Under the pieces are notes generated by a model. That model was given only the letters and a program-made list of their open reading frames with translations, ran no database searches and was not told the origin of the DNA. Both the position numbers and the translations under genes were made by a program. DNA of 64,000 nt, from IMG/VR virus record IMGVR_UViG_3300044511_000090, positions 10,145 to 74,144 of that record; one strand, written 5' to 3'. This document shows positions 18,561 through 28,780 of the stretch, one piece after another (the first letter of the stretch is position 1; the number at the start of each line of letters is the position of its first letter). Source of the DNA: a virus.

Positions 18561-20104
18561 CAATGTCGTTGATGATCGAAAAATTCAAGGCAGCACGGAA
18601 AGCCTCTGTGCCGCTTATCGCAATCACCACGCCGGACTATCCGGCAACAGTCAAGGCAGTGTCAGAGGCGATGAAAGAATATCCACTGATTCAGCATGAC
18701 CTGATTCGTGGGTACACAGCAGTCAATGAGGCTGGCCAAATGGCAATGGATGACCTTGGGCTGGACAAGCCAATTGATGAAAATGAACCAGAAATCACAA
18801 ACACAATCTCCAAAACTGGGAACCCGGCTGAGGCATTGTCGTTTGCGTTGCAATTGCCGGGAGACTCTATTTTGTTCTTCCACAATGCACAGAGATACAT
18901 CGGCAACGAAGCCGTGTGCCAAGCCATAATGAACCTGAGAAACCCATTCACAAATCCTCGCAGAACTCTGGTCATGCTGGCGACATCCATTGAACTGCCG
19001 CCAGAACTAATGCAAGATGTTCTGGTGCTTGATGAGCCGCTGCCGGACTCAAAACAACTGGCAGAGGTTACAAAAACCTGCTACACATCATTCAACAAGG
19101 AGCTTGCGAGCAAAGGGATGCCGACCCTCAAAATACCAGAGGGCCGAGACATGGAAGCAATCACAGACGCTCTGACAAGTCTGGCGGCGTTCCCGTGCGA
19201 GCAAGTCGTGTCAATGAGTCTGTCAAAAGATGGCATCGACACAAAATCCCTATGGGAGAGAAAATACAAGACAATCGAGCAGACTGATGGCTTGTTTGTC
19301 TACAGGGGGAATGAGACATTCGACGACATCGGCGGCGCTGAACAGATCAAGAAGCGTCTCACTCGGATTATGACCGGCAAGAAGCGATGGAGGTGCGTTG
19401 CTTGGGTTGACGAAATCGAGAAGTCGATTGCTGGTGCGACTGGTCCTGTAGGAGATAGCTCAGGAACTTCACAGTACGCACTTGGCAAAACTCTGACCGA
19501 GATGCAGGAGAATATGTGGGATGGGTTTTTCGGAGTTGGCCCAGGCGGAAGCGGCAAGAGCCTAATTGCCAAGGCTATCGGCAACACATTCGGCATCCCA
19601 ACTTTCATTATTGACTACGGCGCTATGCAGGCATCGCTTGTTGGCCAAAGCCAGCAGCGAGTTTCTGCCGTAATGAAAATACTCAAGGCTGTCGGCGGGG
19701 ACGGTGTGTTTTGGGTTGCGACGTGCAACAAGATCAAGGCCATTCCGCCAGAACTGAAGCGGCGATTCACGAAGGGCATCTACTACTTTGACCTTGCATC
19801 CGAAGAAGAGAAGAAAATGTTGTGGTCGATGTACTTGAAGAAGTACAACCTCGAAGAACAGAAGATGCCATGCGACGACGGGTGGACCGGGGCCAATATC
19901 GCCGCCTGTTGCCGCAACTCGTGTGAAGAAGGTGTCAGTATCTTGGAAGCCGCCGAGTCCATCGTGCCAATCACCAAGAGCGACCCTGAAGGACTCACAG
20001 AGCTTCGGACGATGGCAAATGGCAGATTCCTGAGCACAACGCATCCTGGAGCGTATGTGATTCCGAAAGTGGAGAAGAGGTCTTCCAGAAAAATGGAGGT
20101 TTAA
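18557..20104 (+). CDS. Ycf46-like AAA+ ATPase with a rearranged P-loop domain
   Basis: N-terminal inactive AAA-like domain (ELPPELM...LP); TFDDIGG; CVAWVDEIEK (Walker B) precedes GVGPGGSGKS (Walker A); VATCN sensor 1; IPPELKRRF; GWTGANI. Confidence 0.92.
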   Translation: MTMSLMIEKFKAARKASVPLIAITTPDYPATVKAVSEAMKEYPLIQHDLIRGYTAVNEAGQMAMDDLGLDKPIDENEPEITNTISKTGNPAEALSFALQLPGDSILFFHNAQRYIGNEAVCQAIMNLRNPFTNPRRTLVMLATSIELPPELMQDVLVLDEPLPDSKQLAEVTKTCYTSFNKELASKGMPTLKIPEGRDMEAITDALTSLAAFPCEQVVSMSLSKDGIDTKSLWERKYKTIEQTDGLFVYRGNETFDDIGGAEQIKKRLTRIMTGKKRWRCVAWVDEIEKSIAGATGPVGDSSGTSQYALGKTLTEMQENMWDGFFGVGPGGSGKSLIAKAIGNTFGIPTFIIDYGAMQASLVGQSQQRVSAVMKILKAVGGDGVFWVATCNKIKAIPPELKRRFTKGIYYFDLASEEEKKMLWSMYLKKYNLEEQKMPCDDGWTGANIAACCRNSCEEGVSILEAAESIVPITKSDPEGLTELRTMANGRFLSTTHPGAYVIPKVEKRSSRKMEV

Positions 20105-20106
20105 CA

Positions 20107-20421
20107 ATGCCTTGCGATACGATTCAACTGAACAAGGTTTCCATCAAGGCCGCAAATCGCGGTCTACTTGGGAAAGCGATTGAGGCGCTTGGCTACAATG
20201 CCAAGATGCTGAACGACGGCACTATTGTCTTCACTCACAAGGGGAGGCAAGTCAAAGTCACCGATTCGGGAGTCATTGTACCTGTTGGCGAAGAGGCATT
20301 GGCCGACAAAATCAAGACTGCGTATTCGGCAGAAGTGCTGAAGGTTGCAACTCAGAAATTCAGTTGGGGAATGCTGAAAGGCAAGAAAGCCAACACCTAT
20401 ACACTTGTAAGGAGATTCTAA
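20107..20421 (+). CDS. DUF1257/Ycf35-like partner of the AAA ATPase
   Basis: LLGKAIEALGY...IKTAYSAEVLK pattern; position directly after the Ycf46-like gene. Confidence 0.6.
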   Translation: MPCDTIQLNKVSIKAANRGLLGKAIEALGYNAKMLNDGTIVFTHKGRQVKVTDSGVIVPVGEEALADKIKTAYSAEVLKVATQKFSWGMLKGKKANTYTLVRRF

Positions 20422-20633
20422 TGTTTGGCAAAGCTGACAAAATTGAAGTCGAAATTCTTGCCGATGGTACAATCAAGATCACAACCGATCCAATCTCGCC
20501 AGCAAACCACCGAAGCGCTGACGAGTTGCTTGAATTTATTTCAAATCTGACTGGTGGAGAAATGACGAGAACGAGACGGCCAGACAAGAAGGGGCATCTG
20601 CACAAGCACGGCAATCATTGGCATTCGCACTGA
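20421..20633 (+). CDS. DUF2997-like small protein with a His-rich tail
   Basis: IEVEILADGTIKITT...LTGG...R; C-terminal HLHKHGNHWHSH. Confidence 0.6.
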   Translation: MFGKADKIEVEILADGTIKITTDPISPANHRSADELLEFISNLTGGEMTRTRRPDKKGHLHKHGNHWHSH

Positions 20634-20678
20634 TATGGTGTCAGTGCGGTTTCTTGTTTCTTTCCGGGGAGTATCGAA

Positions 20679-21578
20679 ATGCAGTACCAGACTCTGTTGA
20701 ACGTATTCATTGTTTTCTTGGAATCGGCAAAGTCTGAAGACAAGCCGACCGTCGAGGGGGTGAAAAAGTCTTTGAGAGAAAACGGATTCAAAGACGAACA
20801 CGCAGAACCAATTCCACGCGGCACAGCGTTTGGCCGGGTCGTCCAGTCAATGGCTGGCAAGGACGATGATGGCAATGTCATCAAGGCGTCCAGTTTGAAG
20901 GCCAAGGAAGAAGGCATTGTCCGATGGCAATTGAATCTTCTATCGGCAGAAGAGAACGAGAAGATTCGCGCGACGTGGACTGCTGGCTGGTTCATGCGAG
21001 ACGATGAGACCATTCAGGCAATCGATGGATCGCCAGACATCAACGCCGCTGTCTCACGCGCAGAGATGGAGTATGAGCCCGGCGACATCACCAGCATATT
21101 TCGTTCAGTTCTCAAGGACGAAGGCGATGGGTCGTATCCGATGCGTGACGCAGTTTGGTGTGTCCCAACTCGCGGGAGCAATCTTCTTGAGAGGCTTGGC
21201 AAGGTGGTCGGCAATGCCGGTAGGACTCTTATGGTTTGCCCGATCTTCGACACCGGCGATGGCAAAGAAAAGTTCGCTGTCCTCAAGGCAATCTCAACCG
21301 GCATCGACCAAGAGATTGAGGCCCACAAGAATGCTATTGAGTCCTACGTTGCTTCGACAAAGCCGGGCATCATCGAGAACCGCAAAGACGCAATCAAAAA
21401 CACCAGGAATCTTATCGGCAACCTGACAGAGCACATCGGCGAATCGAAAGTCAAAGAGTTCAACACTGTTCTTGATGGCCTCGATAGCATGTGCAACACG
21501 GCAATCAGCGTGGCGGAATCGGCACGTAAGGCCGGTCTTGCTGGAGCAGGCCGAGGACGGCAAATCAAGATCGACTGA
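20679..21578 (+). CDS. Hypothetical protein (DUF3150/DUF6744-like), fourth gene of the AAA module
   Basis: AFGR...YPMRDAVWCVP...C-terminal helices; family call tentative. Confidence 0.55.
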   Translation: MQYQTLLNVFIVFLESAKSEDKPTVEGVKKSLRENGFKDEHAEPIPRGTAFGRVVQSMAGKDDDGNVIKASSLKAKEEGIVRWQLNLLSAEENEKIRATWTAGWFMRDDETIQAIDGSPDINAAVSRAEMEYEPGDITSIFRSVLKDEGDGSYPMRDAVWCVPTRGSNLLERLGKVVGNAGRTLMVCPIFDTGDGKEKFAVLKAISTGIDQEIEAHKNAIESYVASTKPGIIENRKDAIKNTRNLIGNLTEHIGESKVKEFNTVLDGLDSMCNTAISVAESARKAGLAGAGRGRQIKID

Positions 21579-21662
21579 AATGTGGCGTTGCAACAAATTG
21601 TGCCGATCACAACAGGAGAACAGAAATGAAAACAATCAAGTCACAATCACGGAGTATAAGCG

Positions 21663-24255
21663 ATGATTGAAGTCACACTCAATTCGTGCTGGACCATCGT
21701 GTTCTTGAACAAGAGCCACAATAAACCCACGCCAACGGTGTGGGTCTGTACGAACCATGATGCTTGGACCCGTGGCATTCAGATGCTGGAGAAGATGAAG
21801 CACATTGAAATCATTCAGCAAGGGGCATCACACGTCAAATCGTGAGCAGGGGAGAACTGACATGAGCGAACACACTGCCAGTTTTGACGCGCTAATCGGC
21901 CACTGGAACGGCGCATGTTACGAGACAAGCGAACGCACCAGAGACGAACTAGAAGCCGAAGTAATCAAGAATCAGAAAGGGTAGGTCATGAAGATAGTTA
22001 TTAAGCCAGAACTATTGGCGCAAAGCAAACTCCGTAAATGCACGCTTTCGGAGTGGATGCAAAGCCAACTTGGGGAAATCGCCGCCCTGAATGGCGACGC
22101 GCTGCTTTATTACTACGAGGATGCTTTGTGGGACATAATCGGCTGGTCCCGTGACCTGTCAGCCGTCATTGTTGAACTCGGCTTGGGGGAAACCAAGACA
22201 TTCCCAATACAACCCGGCGAGACATTATACTACAGGTGAATGAGAGCCCCATGAAACGGACGTGGATTGTTATTGTTGAGCAAGGGTTTGGTCACGAGTT
22301 GCACAACAGTATCAGCGACTCGGAATGGTATGGCCCATTTACCGAGACTCAGGCAAAAAATCTTTCCAAAAAGCTGAACAAAATCTTGGCCGATCCAAAT
22401 GACCGAGAACACCCAGTTGCTCAAGCAATGCCGCTCAAGGGCAGGCTAATCAGGAGCATCATAAAGGAATACTACAAGGAGATATAAATCGATTACTGAG
22501 ATACAATCGCTTCTGGTTCTGGAACAAATTTTGGAGCAACCATGCCATATGCAACCGAAGCTCGTGAATGCCGGACTCCAAGCAACGGCGCTGTTTGCAG
22601 AAAATGCAAACAGGTTTTCCATCAAATGATGTTCATTCATTTCAGGAGGTCAACAGACGATGCACAATGGGTCTGCACCGGATGGGAATGCTTTGACTGC
22701 GAGAGGAAGACTGACAATCAGGGAACTGCTGGCATCCGAAACGCTCGTGGAGGCGTCGAGAAAAGCCGCAAGAATGGCAGCAGATGCAGCCAACTGGTGG
22801 GAAGTGTCCGATATGCTCGGTCACATGGACGCCATCGAACTGATTCCGAACAGGACACAATTCGACGACGCGCCGAGCCTAGTTTCAAAGAAACGGATTG
22901 CAGACTTGCTGATAATCAGATGGAAGGGGCGACAGGATCGGCGAGCTATGGATGCTGCCAGAGAATCGGCACGCGAAGGATACATGGCACACATGAGAAA
23001 ATGCGGAATGTCTGCCAGCAAAGCGCAGTTGCGGCAAATTGACTTGTACCTGCAAAGTAAGTTTGAGATTCCGGCAATCTAGTGGCAGTGATTCGATTTT
23101 TCACAGTGGAGAACTGACATGAACGAGAGCTTAGATGCAAAAGTCAAGGCGATAAACGACGCCCACCAATATGCGATGGAACTGTACGACAAACTGTTTC
23201 CGATCTTTTCCAGGCAGCTAGGCAACAAGATTATCAAAGCCGATGGATCGCTATTGGCAAAGGTTGAGAAGCTACTGCCAGAACTTCCGTTTTCAAAAAC
23301 TCTCGAAGTCTACTACGTCAAAAGATACCATTTGGTTCAATGGGGAATCAAGACATCCGAGGCGGTCAAAGGTAACTACTGGGAAACAGTCGATTACTCA
23401 ACCAATTGTACTGTCGGAGAACTAAAGGGGAACGTCTTGACGAAGATTCGCATCCGTCCCCAACTCCGCTCAGACTACACAACTGCGGAAGTTCTGGCGA
23501 ACCGCAAGGCATACGAAGAATCTGTGGAAGCCACAGAAAAGGCGAAGGATAAGCTGTGGCCATTCGGCGAGTATGACCACTAAGCGACGGCTGACCAGCA
23601 CGTTGCCGAGCGTCCTGTCTGGAACTGATTACAGGAGACAATCTGTGAAGATTCGCAACGAACTGGTAGAAGTCTACATTCGCCGCGCTCGAATCCAATT
23701 CGAGGATTGCGACCACGAACACAGTACCGGGAAAGAAGTGCGAGAGCACGCAAACGCATGGGCGGCGGAATGCACGAAGATTCTGGCAGGCAAAGGATTC
23801 GTTTGCGATGTGGAAGCAGATTATAGCAAGGACTGTGACAAGTTTTTCATCTGCGTCTCCGTAGGTGATCTGGAAATCTTCTGCAACTGGCGCGGGTCGC
23901 TGAAGCAGCTGACACCGGCACAATCGCGGTTCATCACGACGATCCTGGAATCGATCAACGAGGCTGATGATGCGGGCCGCGAAACTGCGCGGGCGTGCTG
24001 CTACTAAGGACTATTCGGAATGCATAGGAGCAACGAAACATGAAAAGGCTATATGTTGGATTGTTCGATGACGGCAAGCGAGAAGTGTTCCGATCAACCG
24101 CCACGCCTACGGCTGAATCGCATGGTGAGAAGTATGTTGCCGTGATCGGACCATTCCGCACGGTTCGAGGCGCTAACTTCATGCGCGATCATGGGCAAGG
24201 GAATCCGCACTGCCAATGCGTGTCCGATGCCGAACGACTCGCCATTGTTCGATAA
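21663..24255 (+). other. Run of small hypothetical genes (21663-21845, 21988-22239, 22236-22487, 22660-23082, 23119-23583, 23645-24007, 24040-24255)
   Basis: Co-oriented ORFs with RBSs. Confidence 0.65.
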
Positions 24256-24325
24256 ACTGATCGTCTTTCGCTCCTGGCATTGTGCCGGGAGCTTGTTCTG
24301 GAGCGGATTACTAAGGGGAAATGAA

Positions 24326-25309
24326 ATGAGCACGAAGTCACCAGCAAACAAGCTCCGAAAAATCGCATCGGGGATGCCTGAAAAGGTCGCGCACCTTCTC
24401 AGGCCGATGACACAAAACTCAACGCCAAAGCGACAAAGAGAGTACGCCAGCAGGTGCATCGACGGCAACAACATGGAAAGGTGCAGGCTGGCAATGCTGG
24501 CGCTCGCGGACGCATGGGACAAGGGGACATTGCCGCCGATATTGACAGATGTGAAGACCAAAGACCAGATTTATACTCTCGTCAGGCACGGCACGAATTC
24601 AGCAGGCCATTACAACATCTACTCGACGAACGAATTCGTTGACAAGTCGGAGGCGGGCAAAGCGCTCCAAGAATTGTTCACATCGTTCATGGGAGAGGCG
24701 GATAAAAAGCGGCAAGAGGAATCCAAGAAACAACAGGAACTCGACCGCCTTCTCGACCGTGTTCGGTACGCACAAATACCAGGATTCTTCCCAACGCCAG
24801 CAGGACTTGCCGACAAGTTGATTAAGGCGGCTAAGATCGAGGCAGGAAACACGATCCTTGAACCGTCTGCTGGAATCGGATCGCTTCTGGATGCGTTGCA
24901 GCGATTCCCGCTGGATTACATGGGCGGCTTGACAATCGTGGAAGTCAACCGGACTCTTGCCGACATTCTCCAGGCCAAAGGGTACACGGTAAACTGTGTC
25001 GATTTCCTTGAATTCACAGGCCAGACGTTCGACCGGATCATTATGAATCCGCCTTTTGAGAACATGCAGGATGTGGATCATGTTCGGCACGCCTACGAGT
25101 TGCTGAATGATGGAGGCGTACTGGTGGCCATAACCTCGATGTCGTGGACATTCAGGAGCGACAACAAGGCGCAGCAATTCAGGGAGTTCCTGTCGTTCGT
25201 TGGCGCTGAAGTTGAGAACATTCCGGCAGGGGCATTCAGCGGCGCAGCGGCGTTCAGGTCTACTGGAGTTGTGAGCAACATGGTCACTATTAGGAAAGGT
25301 ACAACATAA
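24326..25309 (+). CDS. N6-adenine DNA methyltransferase-like (gamma order)
   Basis: FFPTP, ILEPSAGIG (motif I), IIMNPPF (motif IV), GGVLVAI. Confidence 0.9.
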   Translation: MSTKSPANKLRKIASGMPEKVAHLLRPMTQNSTPKRQREYASRCIDGNNMERCRLAMLALADAWDKGTLPPILTDVKTKDQIYTLVRHGTNSAGHYNIYSTNEFVDKSEAGKALQELFTSFMGEADKKRQEESKKQQELDRLLDRVRYAQIPGFFPTPAGLADKLIKAAKIEAGNTILEPSAGIGSLLDALQRFPLDYMGGLTIVEVNRTLADILQAKGYTVNCVDFLEFTGQTFDRIIMNPPFENMQDVDHVRHAYELLNDGGVLVAITSMSWTFRSDNKAQQFREFLSFVGAEVENIPAGAFSGAAAFRSTGVVSNMVTIRKGTT

Positions 25310-25518
25310 TGAACGGAATCTGCATCTGTCATGGTTGTGGCAAAAACATCACTGAAAATTTGAAGAACCACAAGTGCGACGACAAACGGCTTCGCCAGAT
25401 AGCTGGAAGCCAAAAGGCTCATGAAGAGACAGGGATCGAGAGAACGCCTTCTGAATACGAACGTATCAAGGAAGGGTTCGAGATGATGTCAGATGAGTAT
25501 GGTTTTGAAAGACGATAG
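25309..25518 (+). CDS. Small zinc-binding hypothetical protein
   Basis: CHGC...H.C; TAATG coupling. Confidence 0.6.
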   Translation: MNGICICHGCGKNITENLKNHKCDDKRLRQIAGSQKAHEETGIERTPSEYERIKEGFEMMSDEYGFERR

Positions 25519-25564
25519 CCGAAAGGCACAGCGCCAGACTGATTTCTGGCATTGGAGAACGATA

Positions 25565-26227
25565 ATGCACTTATTACCAACGAACCTTGGCCCTCTTGCG
25601 GACATTACTGCCGACAATACAAGATACGCATTGTCTGGCGTCAAAATCACTCTGAAGGATGATACATATGAGGCGTGCGCAACCGACGCGAAAATCTTGG
25701 CCATAATTGAAGGCGGCTGTGAAAACGAAAAGGATTACCCATCGATTCCGGCATTCGACAACGCGCCGAATGGGAAGTCTGAATGCCTTGTACCAGCAGA
25801 ACTTTGGCGCTCGGCATTTGCCGAGGCCAAGAAAATCACGAAGAAAAGATTCTTGCCACCGATTCTCAAGCATACTGCCATCAAGATCGGCGATAACGAA
25901 GTCACGCTCGCTTCAACGAATCTCGAAGAGTCTCCAGTGAAATTCGGGAAGCAACTGGAAGGCAGATTCCCGTCAGTTAATGAGGTATTACCCAAAAAAG
26001 AACTGAAGCCGTTGGTGTCGTTCCAGGTCGATGTCGATCTGATGATCAACTTGCTGAAAACAGCAAAAATCGTTGGCGAATCCGTAACAATATCGGTGTT
26101 CGACCCAAAAGAATACAAGCTAGTCTCATTGAACTCGAAAGGCGAAAACCAAGTGTTCAAAGGGGTCATCTTCCCGCTCAATGTCACGTTGCCAAAACCA
26201 GAAGAAGAGTGTATTACAACAGAATAA
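25565..26227 (+). CDS. DNA polymerase III beta-clamp-like protein (two domains)
   Basis: TRYALSGVKI...ATDAKIL...LEGRFPSVNEVLP...VIFPL mirror the central and C-terminal domains of DnaN. Confidence 0.8.
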   Translation: MHLLPTNLGPLADITADNTRYALSGVKITLKDDTYEACATDAKILAIIEGGCENEKDYPSIPAFDNAPNGKSECLVPAELWRSAFAEAKKITKKRFLPPILKHTAIKIGDNEVTLASTNLEESPVKFGKQLEGRFPSVNEVLPKKELKPLVSFQVDVDLMINLLKTAKIVGESVTISVFDPKEYKLVSLNSKGENQVFKGVIFPLNVTLPKPEEECITTE

Positions 26228-26248
26228 CACTTCTTCAAGGAGAATGCC

Positions 26249-26449
26249 GTGGAAGAACTTCTGAAACAGGTAATGACGCTTGTATCTTCTGGTCGGCAAG
26301 AATCGCAGACGATATATGTCCACCAGCCTGATATGGAACCGCAAACAGAATCTAACAGGGTCTGGTTTGCGGCTGGAGCAATTGCAGCCGGTGCAATCTG
26401 CGTTGGACTGTTCGGCTTGGCCCTGTGCGCCTTTACTGAGAAGGAATAA
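26249..26449 (+). CDS. Small membrane protein
   Basis: C-terminal hydrophobic helix; AGGAG plus GTG start. Confidence 0.55.
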   Translation: MEELLKQVMTLVSSGRQESQTIYVHQPDMEPQTESNRVWFAAGAIAAGAICVGLFGLALCAFTEKE

Positions 26450-26450
26450 C

Positions 26451-27044
26451 ATGCGTCTTGAACTACTTGAATCTCGTGAAACTCCGTCGTTCGTGATGAC
26501 TCATGAAGGCGGCGATTCGTATGGCCGAATCACCATCCAAGGAGATGCGGCCAATGATCGAATCATTCTTTCTGACTACGGGAATGGCCGATTCGTGCTC
26601 AATGGGGTGCGACACGATTATGGCACTCCACTGGAATTCCACATTTTCGGCGGGCGCGGGAACGACTACATCCGCGTCTCTTCTCGTGCGTCCTGCATGA
26701 TCCACGGCAATGAGGGGAACGACACTATCTATGCCGGGTCTGGAGACGACATTATTCAAGGCGGAAGTGGCCGAGACTTTCTCTACGGCGGATATGGCAA
26801 CGACTATATCCAAGGAGGAGACGACAACGATTATCTGAACGGCGGGGCTGGAGATGACTATCTCAGCGGCGGTCGCGGTTCTGATGTGCTCTACGGCGGA
26901 CACGGGAACGACACATTTGCCATTTGGGTTGGCCAAGAAGGACCGGCAGACAAGTTCTACGCCTCACTTGGCGACTCTTGGCTGTGGTTCCGAAAAGACG
27001 GATCATCGACTTCGCCGTTCCACCTGATGACGGCGTTTGAATAA
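26451..27044 (+). CDS. RTX/hemolysin-type Ca-binding repeat protein with a planctomycete-type N-terminal motif
   Basis: About eight GGxGxDxLx nonapeptides; MRLELLESRETPS. Confidence 0.9.
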   Translation: MRLELLESRETPSFVMTHEGGDSYGRITIQGDAANDRIILSDYGNGRFVLNGVRHDYGTPLEFHIFGGRGNDYIRVSSRASCMIHGNEGNDTIYAGSGDDIIQGGSGRDFLYGGYGNDYIQGGDDNDYLNGGAGDDYLSGGRGSDVLYGGHGNDTFAIWVGQEGPADKFYASLGDSWLWFRKDGSSTSPFHLMTAFE

Positions 27045-27065
27045 TAGGCGCGGCGCGCGCCTATT
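27043..27065. repeat. Dispersed palindrome, copy 2
   Basis: aataggcgc ggcgc gcgcctatt at a gene end. Confidence 0.9.
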
Positions 27066-27086
27066 TTCCTTACTGGGGAATGAGCC

Positions 27087-27269
27087 ATGTTCTTCGTGAT
27101 AGTCAGTTTTCACAACGACAATTCAGAAACCATCTGGAACAAACTGGCCAAGAAACTTGGCCGCGATCCAACGAGCGACGAATGCAAGGCTGAGGTGTTT
27201 CGCATTCTCGATGAGGCTAAGGCAGAAAGGATTGAAAATGAGAACCGACCAGTCTCAAAGGAGCAATAA
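27087..27269 (+). CDS. Small hypothetical protein
   Basis: TIWNKLAKKLGRDPT..E.K.EV.RIL. Confidence 0.6.
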   Translation: MFFVIVSFHNDNSETIWNKLAKKLGRDPTSDECKAEVFRILDEAKAERIENENRPVSKEQ

Positions 27270-27270
27270 A

Positions 27271-28776
27271 ATGAAGTCGATTGAAGTGACGAACAGCAAG
27301 GCCGTGCAAAGCCTCACTTTGCCGTGGCCGGAAGAAGGCGGGCTTATCGAACTCCAAGGCTTCAATGGCGCTGGAAAGAGCGACACACTTGAAGCAATCG
27401 ATGCCTTGTTTGGCCGCGATGTGGGCAAACTTGAGCGAACTGACGGCAAGGCGAACGGGAAGATCGAAGGACTTGGCAAGTCAATCAAGATTACTGCCGC
27501 TGGTGGTCGGAAATCTGGCGCTCTTGAGGTCGTTTCGCTTGAGGACGGAATCGGACTTGGCGATGTAATCGATCCAAAGGAAAAGTCTTTGGCCGCAGCA
27601 GACAGGAAGGCCGCAAAATCCCTGCTGAGAATCATCGGCGCAAAAGTTGACATGGCAAAGTTCTTTGAATTGGTTGGCAGCGAAGAAGAATTCAGAAAAC
27701 TGGTCAACTCCGAAGTGTTCTTGGAATCCGATCTTGTCTCAGCCGCAGGCATGGTGAAGCGAGACATGGAGCAGGCGGCAAGACGGGCAGAGGCAACGGA
27801 GAAGAACTACAGCCAAGATGCTGCTGCTGAACTCAAGGCGGCAAATGGGACCGATTTGACTCTGCCAGACAACTCCAAAGAACTGAACGAGGAACTCGAA
27901 AGAGCAACTCGACGCCGAGAAGAGTTGCAGCAGAAATTGAAGGCGGCGATTCGATCAAAAGAAGACCATGAGCGTGCGAAAAACGAGCTACAGGCAGCAA
28001 AGTCGGCCTACTCTGGCCCTGAAGTCGAACACGCAAAGATCGAGGCAGAGAAGGCAAAATCCGCATTCCTTGTGGCAAAACAAAAGGTCGAAGATGCCCA
28101 GAAAGCACTGGAAGAGGCCAAGCTGTCTCTTGCATACGCAAATTCTGCACAATCGGAGGCAACTCAGGCACACAGGAGCGCCGAAGAATACGAGAAGCTG
28201 ATCCAGAAGTGGAGTTCGGCGCTCGAAAGTACACTGGTCGTAGAGCCGCCATCGGATGCTGATTTGGCTGGCTCTTTGCTGCTTCTCGAAAAGGCACGAG
28301 AGGCCGTTGAAACTGGAGTTAAGGTGAGGATGGCCAAGCAGCATAAAGCCAAGGCCGACGAACTCACACAAAAGGCGTCGGAAGCATCGAAGCAAGGGGC
28401 TATGTACAGGGATGCAGCCAAGGGGGTTGAGAAGATACTTTCGGACGCACTCCAAGCATCTGGCGGTCCAATCAAGGTGACTTCCGACGATAAGGACGAG
28501 CTTCGCCTTGTGTACACTGGCCACAAGCGCGGAGAGGTCTTCCTTTCTGACCTGTCGCACGGCGAAAGAGCCAAGCTGGTCATCCCGATGGTCATCGAGG
28601 CAATCAAAAAGACCGGACAGCCCGGTGGATTCACTTTGCCTCAGACGTACTGGGAAGGACTGACGCCAAACAGCCGAACAGAGATTGTGAAGATGCTGAC
28701 CGGAAGCGGGGTCTGCTGCTATACGGCCAGAGCAGAAGACTGCGACATCAAGGCCGTTGTTCTTGGGAAGGAGTGA
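27271..28776 (+). CDS. SMC/Rad50-like ABC ATPase with coiled coil
   Basis: GFNGAGKS Walker A, long coiled coil, LSHGER signature; no canonical Walker B. Confidence 0.82.
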   Translation: MKSIEVTNSKAVQSLTLPWPEEGGLIELQGFNGAGKSDTLEAIDALFGRDVGKLERTDGKANGKIEGLGKSIKITAAGGRKSGALEVVSLEDGIGLGDVIDPKEKSLAAADRKAAKSLLRIIGAKVDMAKFFELVGSEEEFRKLVNSEVFLESDLVSAAGMVKRDMEQAARRAEATEKNYSQDAAAELKAANGTDLTLPDNSKELNEELERATRRREELQQKLKAAIRSKEDHERAKNELQAAKSAYSGPEVEHAKIEAEKAKSAFLVAKQKVEDAQKALEEAKLSLAYANSAQSEATQAHRSAEEYEKLIQKWSSALESTLVVEPPSDADLAGSLLLLEKAREAVETGVKVRMAKQHKAKADELTQKASEASKQGAMYRDAAKGVEKILSDALQASGGPIKVTSDDKDELRLVYTGHKRGEVFLSDLSHGERAKLVIPMVIEAIKKTGQPGGFTLPQTYWEGLTPNSRTEIVKMLTGSGVCCYTARAEDCDIKAVVLGKE

Positions 28777-28780
28777 TTTA

